Below are positions 42,522 to 51,953 of a DNA stretch of 61,812 bases, piece after piece. The stretch is from a virus (lineage: Duplodnaviria > Caudoviricetes). The DNA lies in IMG/VR virus record IMGVR_UViG_3300037264_006254, positions 1-61,812 of that record, one strand, 5' to 3'. A program made the position numbers and the translations under genes. Under the pieces are notes generated by a model. It saw only the letters and a list, made by a program, of their open reading frames with translations, searched no databases and was not told the origin of the DNA. Every line of letters begins with the position of its first letter. The first letter of the stretch is position 1.

Positions 42522-43093
42522 GTAAGAAACACCTGACGTTCGGGAAGGGTGATCGTGTAGAGCGCGGCCTTCCAGAGATGGTGATGAGCGATGTGAAGAG
42601 CGTCATTCTCCTGAATGAGTGTGAACTCATCGATTGACACACCGTTCACATCGAGAATGGGGATGTGGTTTCGTAGTGCCGTGTCGATTTCGCGACGAGC
42701 ACCCTGCGAGAGCAAGCAACCGGGAGTGATGATGAGGTATGCGGCGAACTCCTTAATGACCGCGTCCCACAATTCGCCATAGGCGCTGGCGTTGTTTCGC
42801 CAGTCAGGCACACCCAGTGCCGCCGGATTCAATATCGGAAGTTTGTGACAGGGGCGCAGTGCCTTGGCCCAGCCGTTGGCCGCGTCGACGTTCGGTTCGT
42901 AGACATCACACTTCCAATCATCACCGGAAGTGTCACGAGTTGTGAATGGGTCGACGCCAAGATGCGATGCGAGAAAGACCTCACGCGGTCCCGTAGTTAT
43001 CGGGCAGCTCATGTACGCGACTGACCCGTCGTTTCCAACGAGAGCGTGCAACATATTGACGAGTGAGTGGTGCGTGTCGTCAGGCAAGATCAT
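42518..43093 (-). CDS. Nucleoside 2-deoxyribosyltransferase-like (DUF4406-like) protein
   Basis: YMSCPITTG, NPA, S.GA..E...A....IP. Confidence 0.55.
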   Translation of the reverse strand: MILPDDTHHSLVNMLHALVGNDGSVAYMSCPITTGPREVFLASHLGVDPFTTRDTSGDDWKCDVYEPNVDAANGWAKALRPCHKLPILNPAALGVPDWRNNASAYGELWDAVIKEFAAYLIITPGCLLSQGARREIDTALRNHIPILDVNGVSIDEFTLIQENDALHIAHHHLWKAALYTITLPERQVFLT

Positions 43094-43436
43094 CCTCCAA
43101 GTCGAGAAGGATGTCATACAAATCTTCCGCGTATTCCACGAACTCACCCTCACCCTCATTGCGAAGAACCTTCTCCGCGTCTTTGATAAGTCGCATCGCG
43201 CGTTTGATGGCAGCCTGTCGTGCCTGTTGCTTCGCCTCATCGGGCGAGAGAACGCGAGCCTCAAAGTTGTCGCGGTCGGCATCACTGCGCTTGACACTTA
43301 CGCGCTTGCCCGAGTCGCGAGCCGCGGCGATAAGACGACGACGCACGTCACCAACCGTCTGATCTTCTTCGAGGCGAAGTAACGCCGTTCCCGTGTCGTT
43401 CAGCTCGCGAACAAGATCGGCTTGTGTCTTACCCAT
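43080..43436 (-). CDS. Hypothetical protein
   Basis: GGAGG SD and own upstream promoter motif. Confidence 0.6.
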   Translation of the reverse strand: MGKTQADLVRELNDTGTALLRLEEDQTVGDVRRRLIAAARDSGKRVSVKRSDADRDNFEARVLSPDEAKQQARQAAIKRAMRLIKDAEKVLRNEGEGEFVEYAEDLYDILLDLEDDLA

Positions 43437-43483
43437 GACTCTGGGACCTCCCTGGTCCGGTGCGTTGGGTGTTGTGAGTTTGA

Positions 43484-43497
43484 ATTGTATCACACTT
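43484..43497 (-). promoter_or_regulatory. Extended -10 promoter AAGTGTGATACAAT
   Basis: Heads the kinase/TS/AAA/polymerase gene run. Confidence 0.6.
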
Positions 43498-44064
43498 CTA
43501 CGGATTGAGCTTTTGGTCCGCGTAGAACGCTCCCCTGATCTCAGGGTGGGTATGAACACGGAGATTCGCACCGAGACTGAGCCTGCGGCCGCCGTGTACC
43601 TCAGTCACACCGTGCCAGGAGCTATCACTCATCTCCCAGATCACGAGCTTACCGGGCTTCGGCGAGATGAAGATCTCGTCGTCGAAAGAGAGTGCGCCAC
43701 CAACCGTCTCAGTGAGGTAGAGCTGAAATGTGTGTGTGCGACATCCGAGGTTGCGATCGATGTGCAGGTCGGACACATCACCCTCAAGCATCTGAAACGC
43801 ACCACCGTATCGCAGATCAATCATGGGTATGCCGGTCGTCTCGACCGCGATGGCGATCGCCTGGTCGAGCACGTTCCAACACACTTCAGGGAGCTTTGCA
43901 TATGGGAGCCATGGGCGGAGACGAACCCGTCGTCCCTCAGGGCGAGGTTTGGTATCATTGCCTTCCCACAGCACACTCTCAGGTGTCGGCAGCGAGTCAC
44001 GAGCCGCGGTGATGAACTCCTCGTGGACCGCGTTCTCGACGATCCAGTGGCGGGTGGTGGTCAC
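43498..44064 (-). CDS. 2OG-Fe(II) dioxygenase (prolyl-4-hydroxylase-like)
   Basis: H.D (LHID), LYL...GG.L, P.PG.LV, WHGV, R.S. Confidence 0.8.
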   Translation of the reverse strand: MTTTRHWIVENAVHEEFITAARDSLPTPESVLWEGNDTKPRPEGRRVRLRPWLPYAKLPEVCWNVLDQAIAIAVETTGIPMIDLRYGGAFQMLEGDVSDLHIDRNLGCRTHTFQLYLTETVGGALSFDDEIFISPKPGKLVIWEMSDSSWHGVTEVHGGRRLSLGANLRVHTHPEIRGAFYADQKLNP

Positions 44065-44267
44065 CGTATGTCCCACCATTGCTCGGCCATGAAAGCAAGC
44101 ACACCGATCGTGAGAAGACCGAAAATGACGTTGACGGGAAACATGATCCACGGCGTCACGCCGATTCCCAGGTTCATGTCATGGAATGCCGCGACCCACG
44201 CCCAGATGTTCGCTGTCGCGAAGGCGATGACCACGGCAAGGCACGCGCAAATCCAGGACACCCTCAT
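44061..44267 (-). CDS. Small membrane protein
   Basis: Two hydrophobic segments; overlaps neighbours. Confidence 0.55.
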   Translation of the reverse strand: MRVSWICACLAVVIAFATANIWAWVAAFHDMNLGIGVTPWIMFPVNVIFGLLTIGVLAFMAEQWWDIR

Positions 44268-44467
44268 CACTTGTCTATATTCAGAACGCAGAGCGCGACC
44301 TGCTCCGGTACTGCCTTCTTGCAGGCGGCGACCTTCGCGATCTTGACCTGGTGGTCGCGCTTCGAGTTGTGGTAGGCGTTGTCGAACCCGTAGACCAAGA
44401 GCATGACGGTGCAGATGACGACGCCGACGGAGATGATGGCGGTGCGGATCGTGTTGTGGAGGTTCAC
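44267..44467 (-). CDS. Small membrane protein
   Basis: One TM segment. Confidence 0.55.
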   Translation of the reverse strand: MNLHNTIRTAIISVGVVICTVMLLVYGFDNAYHNSKRDHQVKIAKVAACKKAVPEQVALCVLNIDK

Positions 44468-44724
44468 TTCTCACTCTTTTCGTACTTGAGCGCCAGGAGC
44501 TTCAAGAGGCTGATGAGCCCGAGTGACTGCCAGAAGCTCAGCGTCCCGGTGACCGTCTCCGGCATGATCGTGCCGTGGAAGATCCCGACGATGAGCATCA
44601 ATGCCCAGGCGCTGGTGGCGACGAGAGCTGCGATGAGCAGGGCGAGTCCGAGAAAGACGGCGCCTGCGCCGGTGCTACGCTTTGGCGCAGACCATGCAAA
44701 TGGGTCACTGGTTGAGGTGCGCAT
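44464..44724 (-). CDS. Small membrane protein
   Basis: Two TM segments; GGGG SD. Confidence 0.6.
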   Translation of the reverse strand: MRTSTSDPFAWSAPKRSTGAGAVFLGLALLIAALVATSAWALMLIVGIFHGTIMPETVTGTLSFWQSLGLISLLKLLALKYEKSEK

Positions 44725-44824
44725 GTGTTTCCCCCTTCGTCAGCCGATTTGGCAGACGTGTCACTTTAACACGCTCTCAAACCGATGTGCGGTAAGATGC
44801 TGCAACCCTTTGTTTGCAGGCTCT

Positions 44825-47344
44825 CTAGGGAGTCCAGTCCCCCGGCTGCGCCGGCTTGCCGGCGGTGAGCTCGGGCTTGAGCTGAACGCCTTCGTAGACC
44901 TGGAAGCCGCCGGTGCCGCGCTTTCCACGGTAGTGGGTTCGCATGTGCTGGCTGAACTTCTTCGAAGTGACCGGTTCACCCTCACCGGCGCGCTCTGCCC
45001 ACTGCTCATAGGCGAGATAGACATTCTTGCGAGTGAGCTTTGCGCCGGCCGTGTCCTGCAGACACTCGCGTCGGAACGCACTGAACCAATCCTCACGTTC
45101 GCGCTCCCCAGACAGCATCTCTGCGACCGACGACGGCATGACCAGCCCGCGCTTGTAGTACGACTGCGCGCCCTCAAGTAGCCACTCAAACACGGCCTCA
45201 CGGTCAGTGTGAATCTGTCGCTTAAGCTCCAGCGGATTCAATGTCCCGGCGGCACCGGGTGCAAATCGATTTGTGAATGGCAGCAGCCGCATACGCGACC
45301 AGAGCGCGTCGCCGACTTCCGCTACCTCGGGAAGGTGATTGGTCATAAGAACGAGAAACGCACGGTTGTGAAACATGTAGCCGTTGGAGTACATCGGCCT
45401 AACCGATAGCGCGTCGAGTCCCCCAGATGTGAGAGTCTTGATGATGTCATCACGATATCGGTCACCGGGACGAGTCTCTCCGATGACGGCAAGTCGGGCG
45501 CCGGGTAGCGCTCGTGCCTGGAGGTTTCGGTCATCGATGTGCTGGCCGCGTCGTTCCACGATCAGCTGCGGGTTGATCTCAACACCGAAGTCACCGAATG
45601 CCTCGCCCAGCGCCTCGAGCGCGGATGACTTGCCACTTTCCTTGTCCCCATGACAGATAAGAAACGAGCGTTCTGCACCGCTACCGGTGAGCGCGTAGCC
45701 GAAACAGCGCTGAGCCCACTCTTGTATTTCATCATCCGGCCACCACGCTTGAACGAGTCGGTTCCAATAACGAAGTGGGTCAGGCACCTCACTGAAGCGA
45801 AGATTGAATCGCTTCATTACGAGGTCCTCCGCGATGAGCTTTCGAACCGGCACGGCCTCGAGGCCAACGGCCCGAACTTGCTGATATTGCCACTCTTCCG
45901 TGAAGTGAACACAGTCGCTCGCTTCGAGCGGATAGAGCTCGGGTATCGCATCAAAGTCATCGTGATTTGCCTGAAGTGACGCTTGGCGAGAGGCGTGTCG
46001 AAGTGCCACCTCATATGTATCCTCCGCCCTCGCGTGCCATTGCATCACTTGTTCGAGCGTGTCAAGATCGTCCTGAAAGTACGCCGGCACGCTGTTGATT
46101 GTCGCCTGCATAAGCGTCGACATGTGAACCCGCGTGTCGTCGTGAACCCACAGCCCACTTCGGCGGTCGAAATAGTGCCAGCCGTTGTCGTGTTCAAAGC
46201 CGGGCAGGAAGCGAACGTACTCACCGTGTTGAAGCACGAACAAGCGCGCGCAACCGACGGTTGTAAGCTTGAACTCTAGCGGCAGCCCTCTCTCATCGAG
46301 AAGCTGTTGCTCTCCCTCCTTCTCGACGACGACGACCGGCTCTACCGCGGGTGGTTGATGGACAACGCCTGCGAGGTGTTCATGAAGCACAATCGGTGCG
46401 GTTTGTTGTTGTTGCGCGATCCACATTTTCTGCTCAGGTGAGAGGGTCTGCTCCTCTCTCCCGGCCTCGTAACGACCGTAAACGTTGCGAATGATGCGAT
46501 CGACGTGCGCCGGTGTAAACTCATCACCGGGCGGCTGGTCCATTACGTTAGGTCGTGACAAGATCGCAACGAGTCGCTGCCGTGCCTCAATCTCACTTAG
46601 GTTCATACCTCGATATTTTGAGACGAGTCTAAAGACGGTGTGATCACGTGCCCCGCTGGGAATACGTGCCTGCCCACGCTCAAGTGCCGAGAGATTCACA
46701 GACTTGTCAACGCTGCCCGTGTCACCATAGACCCCACGCGCGTCCCGCAAGAGGTCAAGCAATGGGTCGCCGGCCTGCAGTGTGATAATTGGTGATCTGT
46801 CCGTTACGACATAGGTGGCGCCGCTGTAGTGACGTGAACCTGGACCAACCGCCTGCTTTCCTGAGGTCCCTTGCAGGTCAACACCGTCACACAACTTGGC
46901 GCCGACCGGCGGCTCATCAGGCGGAAGACGGAGATAGTAGTGAACGTCGCCGGTGAATGTACCGTCCAGGCGTTGGCGCCCAACCGTTAGGGTGGCCGGC
47001 AGGCTCGCGCTAACCTCGGCAAGACAACTCGCTAGGCACTCTTCGCCGCCGTGCCGCACATCCACATCGATGACAACTAGATTTCCCGATGGCTTTCCGC
47101 AAACGATGCCAAGATTGTAGATGTCGGCCTCATCGGCAAAGGTAGCAAAAGCACGGTCGGGATCGGTGGTCCAGTTGGATGTCCAACCCACATCTACTGG
47201 GTGTTTTCCCGGGTTCGGGCAGTCGTGACCCAGGAAGCAACAACACGCCGCATCGTGGTCTGTGGCTGCGGTGGTTTCCGGTGCCCAGAGCCTGATGACG
47301 GCAAGACCGCGTTCAGCGGCAGCTCGAGCAAAGTGTTCAATCAC
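44825..47344 (-). CDS. Bifunctional primase-polymerase / D5-like SF3 helicase
   Basis: C.C...C.NPGKHP, N.GI.CG, VIDVD, H.Y, PGSRH.SG..Y; GYALTG, G...SGKS, TNHLP, A.W.R...PF. Confidence 0.9.
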   Translation of the reverse strand: MIEHFARAAAERGLAVIRLWAPETTAATDHDAACCCFLGHDCPNPGKHPVDVGWTSNWTTDPDRAFATFADEADIYNLGIVCGKPSGNLVVIDVDVRHGGEECLASCLAEVSASLPATLTVGRQRLDGTFTGDVHYYLRLPPDEPPVGAKLCDGVDLQGTSGKQAVGPGSRHYSGATYVVTDRSPIITLQAGDPLLDLLRDARGVYGDTGSVDKSVNLSALERGQARIPSGARDHTVFRLVSKYRGMNLSEIEARQRLVAILSRPNVMDQPPGDEFTPAHVDRIIRNVYGRYEAGREEQTLSPEQKMWIAQQQQTAPIVLHEHLAGVVHQPPAVEPVVVVEKEGEQQLLDERGLPLEFKLTTVGCARLFVLQHGEYVRFLPGFEHDNGWHYFDRRSGLWVHDDTRVHMSTLMQATINSVPAYFQDDLDTLEQVMQWHARAEDTYEVALRHASRQASLQANHDDFDAIPELYPLEASDCVHFTEEWQYQQVRAVGLEAVPVRKLIAEDLVMKRFNLRFSEVPDPLRYWNRLVQAWWPDDEIQEWAQRCFGYALTGSGAERSFLICHGDKESGKSSALEALGEAFGDFGVEINPQLIVERRGQHIDDRNLQARALPGARLAVIGETRPGDRYRDDIIKTLTSGGLDALSVRPMYSNGYMFHNRAFLVLMTNHLPEVAEVGDALWSRMRLLPFTNRFAPGAAGTLNPLELKRQIHTDREAVFEWLLEGAQSYYKRGLVMPSSVAEMLSGEREREDWFSAFRRECLQDTAGAKLTRKNVYLAYEQWAERAGEGEPVTSKKFSQHMRTHYRGKRGTGGFQVYEGVQLKPELTAGKPAQPGDWTP

Positions 47345-47595
47345 TCTTCAACGTCTTCGAGAATCGGGCCTGAAAACACACCCAATGTCGAGTCCGGTGC
47401 CATGATGTGAAGTCGTTGAAAGCCGGGCGCGTGATCGTGATCAACGATCTCGACACTGACGTAGGAAAGCCATTCCCAATCAACGACACGATGACTCAGC
47501 GCCGCACGCCCAACATCTTCACGCGGCTGACGGTGATAGAGACTCTTGCTCTCATCGAGAAGCCAGATGCTGCTCTCCGTTGTGATGCGTCTCAT
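47341..47595 (-). CDS. Hypothetical protein
   Basis: Overlapping start/stop chain. Confidence 0.55.
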   Translation of the reverse strand: MRRITTESSIWLLDESKSLYHRQPREDVGRAALSHRVVDWEWLSYVSVEIVDHDHAPGFQRLHIMAPDSTLGVFSGPILEDVEE

Positions 47596-47828
47596 GTGAT
47601 CGCCTCGATGACGCCTTGATAGCAAGTCTCAGCGGCGCCACGATGTGCGGCGCCGGCGAAACGTCGGGTGTGAATGCCGCCGAGACGGGTATGAATGGTG
47701 ACAGTACTATGTTCGAGAACAAACGGCTCTGGGTCGTTCGTCACAAAATAGGTGTCGTGGTTGACAAGGGTAACGCTTTCGATTGCGTTAGCGATGACAC
47801 ATGTGTCACCGTGCCGGAGTGTTTTCAT
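47592..47828 (-). CDS. Hypothetical protein
   Basis: ATGA overlaps. Confidence 0.5.
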   Translation of the reverse strand: MKTLRHGDTCVIANAIESVTLVNHDTYFVTNDPEPFVLEHSTVTIHTRLGGIHTRRFAGAAHRGAAETCYQGVIEAIT

Positions 47829-48016
47829 GAGTTTTCTTGGATTTTGCTAAGCACTGCTACCACACTTACGTTGATGTATGAATGAGCCTCATGCAGAGAA
47901 CGCTGTATCTCGCGTAGCTCATCTGTGCTCAAGTCTTCATTTTCGAGGGCTTTAAGAATCACATCATGTAGTACCTCAGCGGTATCTACAACGACATTTG
48001 TAAGAGGGTGGCTCAT
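47825..48016 (-). CDS. Hypothetical protein
   Basis: ATGA overlap; lower GC. Confidence 0.5.
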   Translation of the reverse strand: MSHPLTNVVVDTAEVLHDVILKALENEDLSTDELREIQRSLHEAHSYINVSVVAVLSKIQENS

Positions 48017-48096
48017 GTTCGGCCCATCAGTCGAGTGAAGGCAGGCACTTTATGTCTCCCGATCGGGTCGAGTTGAGGGGGTTGGGGGCGTCGCGC

Positions 48097-48789
48097 TCAC
48101 TTCGGCTCGAAGACGCCGTAGTAGGCAGTGCCGTAGCAGGCGTTCTCACCCGTCATCTGCTCAACTATACCTCTTCCGCCGTACCACGCGTCAAGCAACT
48201 CAGCGGTGAGGGTGTGAGGGTGCCCATTGCAGGGAGGGACGTTGAGCCACTCGAACACGCGGATGACCGGTGCGAGTCGTTTCGCGTTGTCGATGATGAC
48301 CTCAGGGTGGTCGACGTGCTGGAGGCAGTTGTAGATCCACACCTCACTGAACTGCTCGGGCTCTGTGAGCGTCTCGCCCTTCATGACGTACGGCTCGATG
48401 CCCGCCTCGTAGTAGCGGTCGTAGACCCACGGCGGGTAGTCGCACGGATCGGCAACGACACGCCGGCTCGCGTGAACGACCTTGAGCAGGAGACTGACCG
48501 GGCCGCCACCGATGTCGAGAATCGACTTGCCGTCGGCGCTGTAGACCGGCCAACGCTCGTTGCCGGTCGGGTCGGGAACGACGATGAGGCCCATGCGGTG
48601 GGCGTAGCTGATCTGCTTCGCCTCTTCCGCGAAGGTGTTGGTGCAGCTGTCCCACCACGTCGCTTCCCACGCCTGGTGCTGGTCCCAGGTCCAGGGAGCT
48701 GGCTGCTGCTCTGTCCCGTCGGGGTTCATGTGGTCGTGGTGGGTTGAGAGGCGAACGACTTCTGCTGCCTCTTCGTCGGTGATTTTCAT
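48097..48789 (-). CDS. Class I SAM-dependent methyltransferase
   Basis: ILDIGGGP motif I, ADP, NCLQHV..P. Confidence 0.8.
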   Translation of the reverse strand: MKITDEEAAEVVRLSTHHDHMNPDGTEQQPAPWTWDQHQAWEATWWDSCTNTFAEEAKQISYAHRMGLIVVPDPTGNERWPVYSADGKSILDIGGGPVSLLLKVVHASRRVVADPCDYPPWVYDRYYEAGIEPYVMKGETLTEPEQFSEVWIYNCLQHVDHPEVIIDNAKRLAPVIRVFEWLNVPPCNGHPHTLTAELLDAWYGGRGIVEQMTGENACYGTAYYGVFEPK

Positions 48790-49205
48790 AGTGGCCTTTC
48801 GATGACTTCGAGAATGAGTCCGGTGGTGTTGCCGGGGTTGTCCTTGACCGCCTCTTCGACGGCTCGCAGGCGGTTCGTGACCCGTTCCGCGCGAATGCGT
48901 TGTTCCTCAAGCACATCCTGAAGGTCCGCCGCCGCGCGCATGTACTCAGTGACGACCTCACGAAGCTGGTTCTCAAGACGAGACCGCCACTTCTTCTCTG
49001 TCTCAAGAAGGCAGAGCACACAGTGTTTGAGATGCAGATCGGCGTAGATGTGCCGCTCGTGCTCCTCTTGAAGCGCCTCTTGAAGCCAAGAGTAGGCATC
49101 CTTGATGTACTCCTCGCGGGAGAGTTCCTGGCAGGCGTCGCAGGTAAGATATGACTCACCCTCATGAACTAGGACGTAAGTGCCGTGGCAAACAAAGAAC
49201 TTCAT
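48786..49205 (-). CDS. Hypothetical protein (CxxC motifs plus coiled coil)
   Basis: CDAC, CVLC; ATGA overlaps. Confidence 0.55.
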   Translation of the reverse strand: MKFFVCHGTYVLVHEGESYLTCDACQELSREEYIKDAYSWLQEALQEEHERHIYADLHLKHCVLCLLETEKKWRSRLENQLREVVTEYMRAAADLQDVLEEQRIRAERVTNRLRAVEEAVKDNPGNTTGLILEVIERPL

Positions 49206-49435
49206 GGGCACGCCTCGAAGTAGATTGGTAGATTGGTGTCGTCCGCGTGGTACCTCGTGAGCTTTCGACAAAGCTCGTCGCGTGCCTTCTCGGGTGTGTT
49301 GCCGGTTCCGCTGCAGGTGAAGTAGTCTGGACGAGTCCACCACACTCCGACGAACCGAACCTGACGTGTCGCACGGTAGCGGCAGTGAGTGGTATCCCAG
49401 AGGTAGACCTCAACCTTGATGCGGCTCTTCATCAT
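49202..49435 (-). CDS. Hypothetical protein
   Basis: G.G.TPEKA motif; overlaps. Confidence 0.5.
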   Translation of the reverse strand: MMKSRIKVEVYLWDTTHCRYRATRQVRFVGVWWTRPDYFTCSGTGNTPEKARDELCRKLTRYHADDTNLPIYFEACP

Positions 49436-49923
49436 GCCTTCTTACCCTTCGCCTTGACGACCGTGACGTCGTAGCCGAGTTCCTTCAGAGTCTCAAGTGC
49501 GTCGGCAGCGCTAGCGACACACTCACGAAGTCGGCGTTGCCGCTGAACGTCGGCCTCACGCTTCTTCCGGTCTGCGGCGTATCGAGCCTCCGCCTCACGT
49601 CGACGACGAGCCTCATTCTTCTTACGCTTCTCGAACCCGGCGATCACATCACGCTGATCCTTGGTCGTGGGCATCTGAATACTACCCTTAACGCAGACCT
49701 TGTAGTCGCCGTGATTTGGAATCTGCGCAAGCAGCTTGACCGCCTCAGTGAGGGACTCGGTGGTCAACTCGAAATCGAGCTTGTAGGTCTTCAGGGTGTC
49801 AGGCAGGCTAACCTTCCCATTCTCCCAGTAGTTCTTCCCCTTCGGGAACCTGAACTTGACATTCGCGATCTTGAGAAGAGGAAAGGCCTTGGCGATGAGA
49901 CCGGAGCGCGGGTAGGACTTCAC
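49432..49923 (-). CDS. Hypothetical basic protein
   Basis: GTGA overlap; phage-like codon usage. Confidence 0.55.
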   Translation of the reverse strand: MKSYPRSGLIAKAFPLLKIANVKFRFPKGKNYWENGKVSLPDTLKTYKLDFELTTESLTEAVKLLAQIPNHGDYKVCVKGSIQMPTTKDQRDVIAGFEKRKKNEARRRREAEARYAADRKKREADVQRQRRLRECVASAADALETLKELGYDVTVVKAKGKKA

Positions 49924-50222
49924 TCTGCCTTCTCCCACTCCGTCGCGATGAGGATGGTGTTGACGTCGGCGAACTCGCAGAGGAGTTCCCACGACATCGG
50001 GGTGGACCGGGATGAGTGTGGCCTTAGGCTCGGGTACCAAAGGCCGTTCGCGAGGATCGCGGTGTATGAGTAGTGAACCTCCCGGATCGTGACCTCGAAG
50101 TAGACGACCGGGTTCAGGTCGCCGAGGATCGGCTCCGGCTCCTTCGGGAACGACTCGAGCTTTGCGATCTCGGCTCGCATCTCAGTGATCTTGATCTTGA
50201 GGTTCTCGATGCTGTTTGACAT
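49920..50222 (-). CDS. Hypothetical protein
   Basis: GAGG SD; Y.Y.AI...G.WY...W..L pattern. Confidence 0.6.
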   Translation of the reverse strand: MSNSIENLKIKITEMRAEIAKLESFPKEPEPILGDLNPVVYFEVTIREVHYSYTAILANGLWYPSLRPHSSRSTPMSWELLCEFADVNTILIATEWEKAE

Positions 50223-50485
50223 GGTGGCTGGTTTCCTCTCTGAGACGGCCCAGTTGCCGTTCTCGAACGGGTAGTAGATGTGGTGGAGACGATCGGTGAT
50301 GCGGAAGGCGCAGGATGGCGGGGTGGAGCTCGCCGTAGCCAAACGGACCCTCGTGAAGAACTAGCGAAAGCACGAAGCAAATCTCGATGGGGTCACCGAT
50401 GCGACACTGCCGCACAGAGCAGAAGCGTGCGTCGAGAGTGATTGTGTTGTTGTCTTCGTCGACGAACTGGAAGGCGTTGGGCGGT

Positions 50486-50854
50486 TCAGAAAGGGACAAT
50501 GCCGGCCTCCTTCTCGAGGTAGTCCGCGATGACCTTGAAGTTGGCCTGACTCGCATCGTTGAGGTAGACGCACTCCTCGCGAACGTGGTAGGGAAGGCCG
50601 GTCAGGCGCTTCCAATCCTCGTCGGGAATGATCGAAGCAGTGACGTCCCTGCCGAAGTTGTAGGCGATCGTGTCGCCGAAGCGCGTGATGTCAGGCGCGA
50701 TCTCACAGGCAACACCGAGACAGCAGTAGAAGTCGTGACCGATGATCGGACGACGAAGCCCGCCGCTACACTGGCGATACTCCCCCGAGCGGAGCGCGGC
50801 GATCCAGATCTTGACGAAGGCGAGCTGTTCGGCGTTCACGTCCGTGACTGGCAC
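50486..50854 (-). CDS. Hypothetical phage protein
   Basis: WIAALRSGEYRQ..G.L...CCLGVAC...LND...F..IAD.LE; AAGGGAGG SD. Confidence 0.7.
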   Translation of the reverse strand: MPVTDVNAEQLAFVKIWIAALRSGEYRQCSGGLRRPIIGHDFYCCLGVACEIAPDITRFGDTIAYNFGRDVTASIIPDEDWKRLTGLPYHVREECVYLNDASQANFKVIADYLEKEAGIVPF

Positions 50855-50883
50855 GGTCCCTCCCTTGGGAACGAGGTGGCGGT

Positions 50884-51297
50884 AGTGATGCAACGAAAAC
50901 TGTATCACAATTTGCATCACTTCGATTCAAGGTCATCCGACCCGGTTGGTGAGGCAGCCGAGGCCTTCGAGGCCGAATCGGCCGGGAAAGTTGGGCGGCG
51001 ATGCCGTGGGCGACTTGAGAAGTGCCTGGTAGCGGGGCACATTGCGAGACTTGAGCTTTACAAGTGATGCAACGGTTTTTGAAGAAGGCCTGGTGGGGGT
51101 TCATGGAGTGATGCAACGGGATTTGGAGTGATGCAAGGAGTGACGCTCCCTCGGGCTGTTTGGCCTGGTCAGGGTTCATGGAGTGATCTAGTGATCTTAC
51201 TTTCTAACCTTTGTGTATGAGAAATTAGAAAAGAGGTATTGATAGTTGGTTTCTGGTAGAGAAATGTAGATTAAGGGTTTTGCATCACTACATCACT
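50884..51297. repeat. AGTGATGCAA repeat cluster with AT-rich tract (putative origin/operator region)
   Basis: Direct copies at 50884, 51063, 51107, 51127; inverted at 50912, 51280; partial copies at 51139, 51182, 51190, 51290; AT-rich about 51195-51280; lies at the strand switch. Confidence 0.75.
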
Positions 51298-51458
51298 TCT
51301 CAAAATCCGGCGGTCGTTTCGTTTTGTCGGTTCAAACCGGTTCGTTTTGCCGTTTTGGGCCGTGGTGAGTATTTGGTGTAAACTGTTCCTTGTTAGGAAA
51401 TCTCACTTGGGCTTGGCCGTTCTGGCTGAGGGTGGTGGGAGACTTGAGTGGTTGAAAT

Positions 51459-51755
51459 ATGACAGAGACACTTGGTTTGATTCGCCGACCCAAGGCGACG
51501 TGGGGCGGGCGCTGGTCTGGCCCACTCGAAGACTTGGTCGCGGCGGGTGCGCTTGACGACGCGGAGTGGGTCGATGTTGTCGACTACGCCGGCACTGTCG
51601 CGTATCAGGTCGCGCGAACGTTGAACCTGGCCGCGGAGCTGCAGCGGCTCGCGGACCGAGCGGTGGGTGTGACTGATAGGTCGGCCTCACTTGAGTTCGC
51701 ATCTCGTCGCGAGACCGCGAATCGTTCGGTTCTTCTGGTCCGCATCGGCGCGTAA
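51459..51755 (+). CDS. Hypothetical protein
   Basis: First ORF of the rightward arm. Confidence 0.5.
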   Translation: MTETLGLIRRPKATWGGRWSGPLEDLVAAGALDDAEWVDVVDYAGTVAYQVARTLNLAAELQRLADRAVGVTDRSASLEFASRRETANRSVLLVRIGA

Positions 51756-51953
51756 ATGGGCAACCTGTCGAGAGCGAAGCGACGACAAGCCGCCCGCGAG
51801 AAGACCCGGACGTCGGGGGTTGAGTCTGGTTCCGGCCCAAATCGGACAGACCTACGTGCCCTTGGTATGACCGGACGAGGTCGCTGGCGAAAACGTGTGA
51901 CTGGAGATTGGACGCGGGAGGAGCGGCTCGCACCGGAGCTGGAAAATGAGTGA
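51756..51953 (+). CDS. Hypothetical basic protein
   Basis: Abuts upstream stop. Confidence 0.4.
   Translation: MGNLSRAKRRQAAREKTRTSGVESGSGPNRTDLRALGMTGRGRWRKRVTGDWTREERLAPELENE

Noticed and set aside
43498-44064. Calling the dioxygenase a TET/JBP
   Set aside because: Motif spacing looks P4H-like and it lies 15 kb from the C5-MTase; kept only as an open possibility
34041-47344. Inteins or introns in RNR, polymerase or primase
   Set aside because: Lengths are normal and no splicing or homing-endonuclease motifs were seen
50766-51179. ORF starting MNPDQ (and MNPDP at 56620) as further copies of the HHDHMNPDG tag
   Set aside because: Only four residues match; the 51179 ORF runs through the non-coding repeat region
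50884-51297. AGTGATGCAA repeats as a mini-CRISPR array
   Set aside because: Repeats are only 10-11 bp, irregularly spaced and in both orientations
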